A stretch of DNA of 64,000 bases, taken from assembly GCA_963830365.1 (NCBI GenBank), contig CAWHMU010000040.1, forward strand, positions 1 through 64,000. The letters run 5' to 3'. The translations under genes were made by a program, and so were the position numbers. Numbering within the stretch: the first letter of the stretch is position 1; each line of letters opens with the position of its first letter. The stretch comes from an uncultured Chlamydiae bacterium. GTDB lineage: Bacteria > Chlamydiota > Chlamydiia > Chlamydiales > Parachlamydiaceae. Positions 59,733 to 64,000 of this stretch are shown in pieces. The notes below the pieces were generated by a model. The model did not search any database and was not told the DNA's origin. It saw only the letters and a list, made by a program, of their open reading frames with translations.

Positions 59733-61004
59733 TCATTTCCGGATCGTATAATTGCCGCGGATAACCCATTTGTATGATGTCAATTCCCGTAAACCCATCG
59801 GACCTCTGGCATGCAGCTTCTGCGTGCTGATGGCCACTTCGGCGCCAAGTCCTAGCTGCCCTCCATCGGTAAAGCGCGTGGAGGCATTGACATACACGGC
59901 GGCCGAATCCACCACCCTGACAAACAGGTCGCCATGCTTTTTGTCCTGCGTCAAAATGGCATCGCTATGCCCCGTGCTGTGGTGCGTGATATGTGCAATG
60001 GCTTCGTCGATATCTTTGACCACCCTGATTCCCAGCACCAGACTCAGCCATTCCGTATCCCAGTCGTTGAGCCCGGCTGGCGCATAGTTGCCTTGGCAGT
60101 AGCGGCACTGGGCGACGGCAAGACTTGTCTCATCCAGCCGGAAGCTGACTCCCTTGCGATGCAGCAGATCGATAATTTGGGGAATGAAATCATCGGCAAT
60201 TTTGGCATGCACCAGCAACGTGTCAAGGGCATTGCATACCGTCGGCCGCTGCGTCTTGGCATTCACAATCACCGGCAGCGCACGTGCCTGGTCGGCCGTT
60301 TCATCTACAAACAGGTGGCAGACGCCCACCCCGCCGGTGATGACAGGGATGGTGCTGTTTTCCCGGCAGAAGCGATGCAATGAGGCCCCGCCGCGCGGGA
60401 TGATCAGATCGATATAGTCGTGCAGGCGCAGCAGCTTCTTGACCTGCGTGCGCTCGGCTGTCGGCACCAGCTGGATGGCGCCGGCAGGCAGCTTCTCAGC
60501 CGCCAGCGACTGCTGAATGATCTTCACCAGCTCCCGATTGGTATGCAGCGTCTCAGAACCGCCGCGCAGGATGGCGCAGTTGCCCGATTTTATCGTCAGG
60601 GCGCTGACATCGATGGTGACGTTGGGCCGCGACTCGTAGATCACGCCCAACACACCGATGGGGGTGCGGCATTTGACGACGTCCAGCTGATTTGGCAGCT
60701 GCTGCGCTTCAAAGCACTCTCCAATAGGGTCTGGCAGATTCAACACCTGCTCGATATCGGCAATGATGCCTGATATCCTTCCTTGCAGCGATAGGCGGTC
60801 GATCAGCGCCTCGCTTAAACCCTCGGCTTTGGCCAGGTCGATATCGGTCTGGTTTTGCTGCAGGACATCGCCCTCGCGCTTCTTAAGCGCAGCAATCAGG
60901 TTGGCAATGGCGGCGTTCTTCTGCTCGGTGGTAGCCCTGGCCATGGCATGTGTAGCCTCTTTGGCCGCCACGCCCATCTTCTTTAAACTAATTCCGGCAC
61001 ACAT
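59733..61004 (-). CDS. proA: Gamma-glutamyl phosphate reductase
   Basis: GVIYESRPNVT, IIPRGG, VCNALDT, NASTRFTDG, STQKLHARGPMG. Confidence 0.97.
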   Translation of the reverse strand: MCAGISLKKMGVAAKEATHAMARATTEQKNAAIANLIAALKKREGDVLQQNQTDIDLAKAEGLSEALIDRLSLQGRISGIIADIEQVLNLPDPIGECFEAQQLPNQLDVVKCRTPIGVLGVIYESRPNVTIDVSALTIKSGNCAILRGGSETLHTNRELVKIIQQSLAAEKLPAGAIQLVPTAERTQVKKLLRLHDYIDLIIPRGGASLHRFCRENSTIPVITGGVGVCHLFVDETADQARALPVIVNAKTQRPTVCNALDTLLVHAKIADDFIPQIIDLLHRKGVSFRLDETSLAVAQCRYCQGNYAPAGLNDWDTEWLSLVLGIRVVKDIDEAIAHITHHSTGHSDAILTQDKKHGDLFVRVVDSAAVYVNASTRFTDGGQLGLGAEVAISTQKLHARGPMGLRELTSYKWVIRGNYTIRK

Positions 61005-62128
61005 GCTCTATCGTCCTCTTTGGATTTTATTCGCGTCATATTGGTGCGATGGACAACTTCTGCCCCATAGCTATATCCCAAAATATCTTCGATGCCGGCC
61101 GAATGGCTGCCGAGCAGGCGCTGGATTTCATGGTCGCCGTAGTTGGAGATGCCAGCTGCAATGGGGGTGCCCTCGGGACAAAAAACGTGGATGATGGCCC
61201 CTCTTTCAAAGGTATGCGTCGTTTTGGTTATCCCCGACGGCAGCAGGCTGGCGCCGCCATGCATGATCCTGGCCGCAGCTCCGGCGTCGACATGGACGAT
61301 GCCCTGCTTCTTTTCAGATAGCAGCCAGCGCTTGCGGCTTTCCTGCGGCGTGATCTGCGTCTCGAAGGTGGTGCCGACTTTCTTGCCCATATTGATATCG
61401 AGCAGGACATTGGGCAGGGACGAAGAGGCGATGATCGTAGGGATGCCGCATTGGGAGGCGATTTTGGCAGCTTCGATTTTCGTCGTCATACCGCCTGTGC
61501 CAAGGGACGAGGAGGCGCCTTTGGCTAAATTGAAGATGGAGTCGTCAATATGTTTGACCAGCGGAATGAGCGTAGCATCGGGGCTAAGGCGCGGATCGGC
61601 GGTATACAGTCCTTTCTGATCGGTCAATAACACCAGCAGGTCTGCCGCCGTCAAATTCGCCACCAGCGCGGCTAAGTTGTCATTATCGCCCACCCGGATC
61701 TCCTTGGTGGCCACGGTGTCATTCTCATTGATGATGGGAATGACGCGGTGCTGCAGCAGGCAGCACAGCGTATCGCGGGCATTGAGATAGCGCCTGCGCG
61801 ATGATAAATCATCACGGGTGAGCAGCAGCTGCCCCACATGAATGTCAAAGAGTGAAAATAGCTCCGTCCAGGTCTGCATCAGCTTCACCTGCCCAATGGC
61901 GGCAAACATCTGCTTGGATGGCAACGAACGGTCGACGGTGGGGTGGCTGAGCAATTCGCGCCCGGCAGCCACAGCCCCTGAAGACACCAGGATGATCTGA
62001 TGCCCTTCTTCATGCAGCAGCGCAAGCTGCCTGGTAAGCTCCAGCATGGATTTGCGCGACAGCTTTTTGTTACCTTGTGTCAAGGTGCTCGTGCCCACCT
62101 TTACAACGATCTTTTTAAGCGCTTTCAT
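60983..62128 (-). CDS. proB: Glutamate 5-kinase
   Basis: IVVKVGTS, VSSGAVAAG, PIINENDTV, GDNDNL, GTGGMTTK and a C-terminal PUA domain. ATG at 62128. Confidence 0.97.
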   Translation of the reverse strand: MKALKKIVVKVGTSTLTQGNKKLSRKSMLELTRQLALLHEEGHQIILVSSGAVAAGRELLSHPTVDRSLPSKQMFAAIGQVKLMQTWTELFSLFDIHVGQLLLTRDDLSSRRRYLNARDTLCCLLQHRVIPIINENDTVATKEIRVGDNDNLAALVANLTAADLLVLLTDQKGLYTADPRLSPDATLIPLVKHIDDSIFNLAKGASSSLGTGGMTTKIEAAKIASQCGIPTIIASSSLPNVLLDINMGKKVGTTFETQITPQESRKRWLLSEKKQGIVHVDAGAAARIMHGGASLLPSGITKTTHTFERGAIIHVFCPEGTPIAAGISNYGDHEIQRLLGSHSAGIEDILGYSYGAEVVHRTNMTRIKSKEDDRACVPELV

Positions 62129-62480
62129 ATAACCTGATATAGCGTAAATAAATTTTAACTTTGTTTTCCGGTTAACGGACAAACAATTGCCTATTGATGC
62201 CAGGCGTATGGATTACATATAAACTTATCGATTAATGATAAATAGAAAATTACCCCAAACGGGGGAATCGGAGGGAATAACTGAAGATAGCCTGTGAAAG
62301 TGCGTAAGTTTTCATATCTCTAAAAGAGTAAAACAGTTCATTAAAAAAGCATTTTATCAAAAATACAATTATAATTCAATAAGTGAGATTCATCACCCAA
62401 ATCAGGGAGTTGCAAACATTGCGTCTGATGAGATTTCGGCATTATTTATCGAACCCTGATGCCGGCTGCAGTATACATCT

Positions 62481-62518
62481 AAGGGACCTAAAAGACGGAG
62501 TCTTCCCTTAGGTCCCTT
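62481..62518 (-). terminator. Hairpin downstream of the O-methyltransferase gene
   Basis: AAGGGACCTAA / TTAGGTCCCTT inverted repeat 14 bp past the stop codon. The U-tract is weak. Confidence 0.4.
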
Positions 62519-62531
62519 TAACACTTAGCCC

Positions 62532-63647
62532 CTATTTCTTGCGCGCTTCAAGGATCGAAAATTCTGTCGATGTCGTATACACACGCTCCAAGGCAAAGCC
62601 CGAATTGTCCAGCATCTGCTCAAAAGCCGCCAGCGAACGCTCCTTGCCTCCGGTCACAGCCAGCATCAAAAGATCCATGCAATTGGCATATGGAGACTGG
62701 TCCTTGGGAAGCAGCACGGTTTCGACAATCAACAGCTTGCTATCCGCCCCCATCGCTAGGTGGCAGTTGCGCAAGATCTGCTCGGCCTTAACATCATCCC
62801 AGTCGTGCAATACAGACTTCAGCAGGTAGGCATCTCCGCCGGCAGGCACCGACACAAAAAAATCACCGGCGCAAAGCTCGACGCGGTCGCTAGCCAATTT
62901 CGGATTGACGACGCTGATCTTGGCAATGACATCCTCGACATCAAAGACTAACCCCTTAACTTGCGGATTTAACGCCGCTATCGCCTGCACGAAATGACCA
63001 TAGCCGCCGCCGATATCATAAACGCTATCAAATTGTCCGAAGGGATAGGCCGCCAGCGAGGATTTGATCACGGCCATAGATTTCTCCTGCATGGCCTTTT
63101 GGAACAGCGCCGCCCCGCCTGGATGATCCTTAAAAAAGGCAAATACCGGCTGCTTGAATGCCAGCTGAAAAGCCGGTGTGCCTGTCTGGATGGACGGCAA
63201 GAGCTCATCCCAGGATTTATGCAGCCCTTCGCCATAAAGCAGCGAAATGGCATGCAGCGTGTCGGGATTTGATTTTGCTAGCAAAAGGCTGGCGTCGCTA
63301 TTGGCAAAGATACCGGGTGCTGTCTCTTCAAAGACATTGAAGCCCGCCAGCATATGCAGCAGACGGCTTAATGCATCCGGATTGGACTGCGTCAAAACCG
63401 CCAGTTCGGCGGCAGTCTTCGGACCATCTTTAAGATGGTCGGCGATCTCCAATTTCGTGGCCACATACAGGCCGCGCGAAACCCACTCGCCGGAAAGCAG
63501 CAATAAAAGCTTTTCCCGCGCCATGTCCTGATCAGACCTGGCTGATACGCTCTCTGCCTGATATGTGGTATTAGCCCTTATATCTGTGCCTAGGCAGCAG
63601 GACAGACATGCTGCCAAGGTTGACAATGGATAAAATAGACGCTTCAT
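62532..63647 (-). CDS. SAM-dependent O-methyltransferase (COMT/ASMT-like) with N-terminal signal peptide
   Basis: Dimerisation wHTH (LEIADHLKDGPKT), DIGGGYG, GDFF, LKSVLHDWDD, GGKERS. Confidence 0.9.
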   Translation of the reverse strand: MKRLFYPLSTLAACLSCCLGTDIRANTTYQAESVSARSDQDMAREKLLLLLSGEWVSRGLYVATKLEIADHLKDGPKTAAELAVLTQSNPDALSRLLHMLAGFNVFEETAPGIFANSDASLLLAKSNPDTLHAISLLYGEGLHKSWDELLPSIQTGTPAFQLAFKQPVFAFFKDHPGGAALFQKAMQEKSMAVIKSSLAAYPFGQFDSVYDIGGGYGHFVQAIAALNPQVKGLVFDVEDVIAKISVVNPKLASDRVELCAGDFFVSVPAGGDAYLLKSVLHDWDDVKAEQILRNCHLAMGADSKLLIVETVLLPKDQSPYANCMDLLMLAVTGGKERSLAAFEQMLDNSGFALERVYTTSTEFSILEARKK

Positions 63648-63772
63648 AAAGCTCCTTATAAAGTTAAATTTTCAGCCACTTTATAATAATCTTTACGTAA
63701 GTGTCCATAGATTTTATCCGTTGCCGCATAGAAGCAAAAACCATCTCTGGAAATTAAAACAATTGCCTTAAA

Positions 63773-64000
63773 AGCCTCGCTAGAGGCGATAGCATGTAGC
63801 CACATGCGTGAGCGTATGGTGACCGATTGTTTAGAAATAAAGCCGTGAAAACGGCGACAGTAATTATTCTGGATGCTTTATTCTAAAATAATCACATCGA
63901 TTTCATCTTCTTTGGATACCGCTGCCGCCATATTCACGGATTTCTTTGATTTATTTTCATGCCATAGGTTGGATGCCTATGCCTACATGCTTATGCCTCT
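63773..64000. repeat. Second, inverted and diverged copy of family B REPIN (runs off window end)
   Basis: Both arms match the reverse complement of 56479-56716, while the central spacer is unrelated. Confidence 0.85.

Noticed and set aside
1..64000. rRNA, tRNA, prophage or recognisable anti-phage defence operon
   Set aside because: None was recognised by eye. tRNAscan-SE, Infernal and DefenseFinder would be needed to exclude divergent cases.

Overview
This 64 kb window most likely comes from an environmental chlamydia (phylum Chlamydiota, Parachlamydiales-like). The inference rests on a sigma66-type RpoD, the ygeD-like MFS/recC/recB arrangement, an Inc-like protein and an Ank-SET protein. 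Housekeeping genes are rpoD, dinG, recC, recB, recD, hemH, umuDC, an msrB-msrA fusion and proBAC. A ~12 kb minus-strand operon encodes a group 3b [NiFe]-hydrogenase (beta, cNMP-binding protein, gamma, delta, alpha, protease, hypA, hypF, hypC, hypD, hypE, Ni permease). It is headed by a degenerate ArgH-like gene, has a HypA without Zn-binding cysteines, and has no hypB. Next to it is a tandem array of four paralogous, effector-like eukaryotic-type kinases. Three have a WNK-like lysine arrangement, and all four carry a large C-lobe helical insert. One is split by an intact IS1634-family element (30 bp TIRs, TTATCA duplication) and one is a pseudokinase. The intergenic DNA holds at least six families of palindromic or MITE/REP-like elements, several nested inside each other. 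I saw no rRNA, tRNA or CRISPR array. All protein family calls come from motif recognition by eye; no database search was run.
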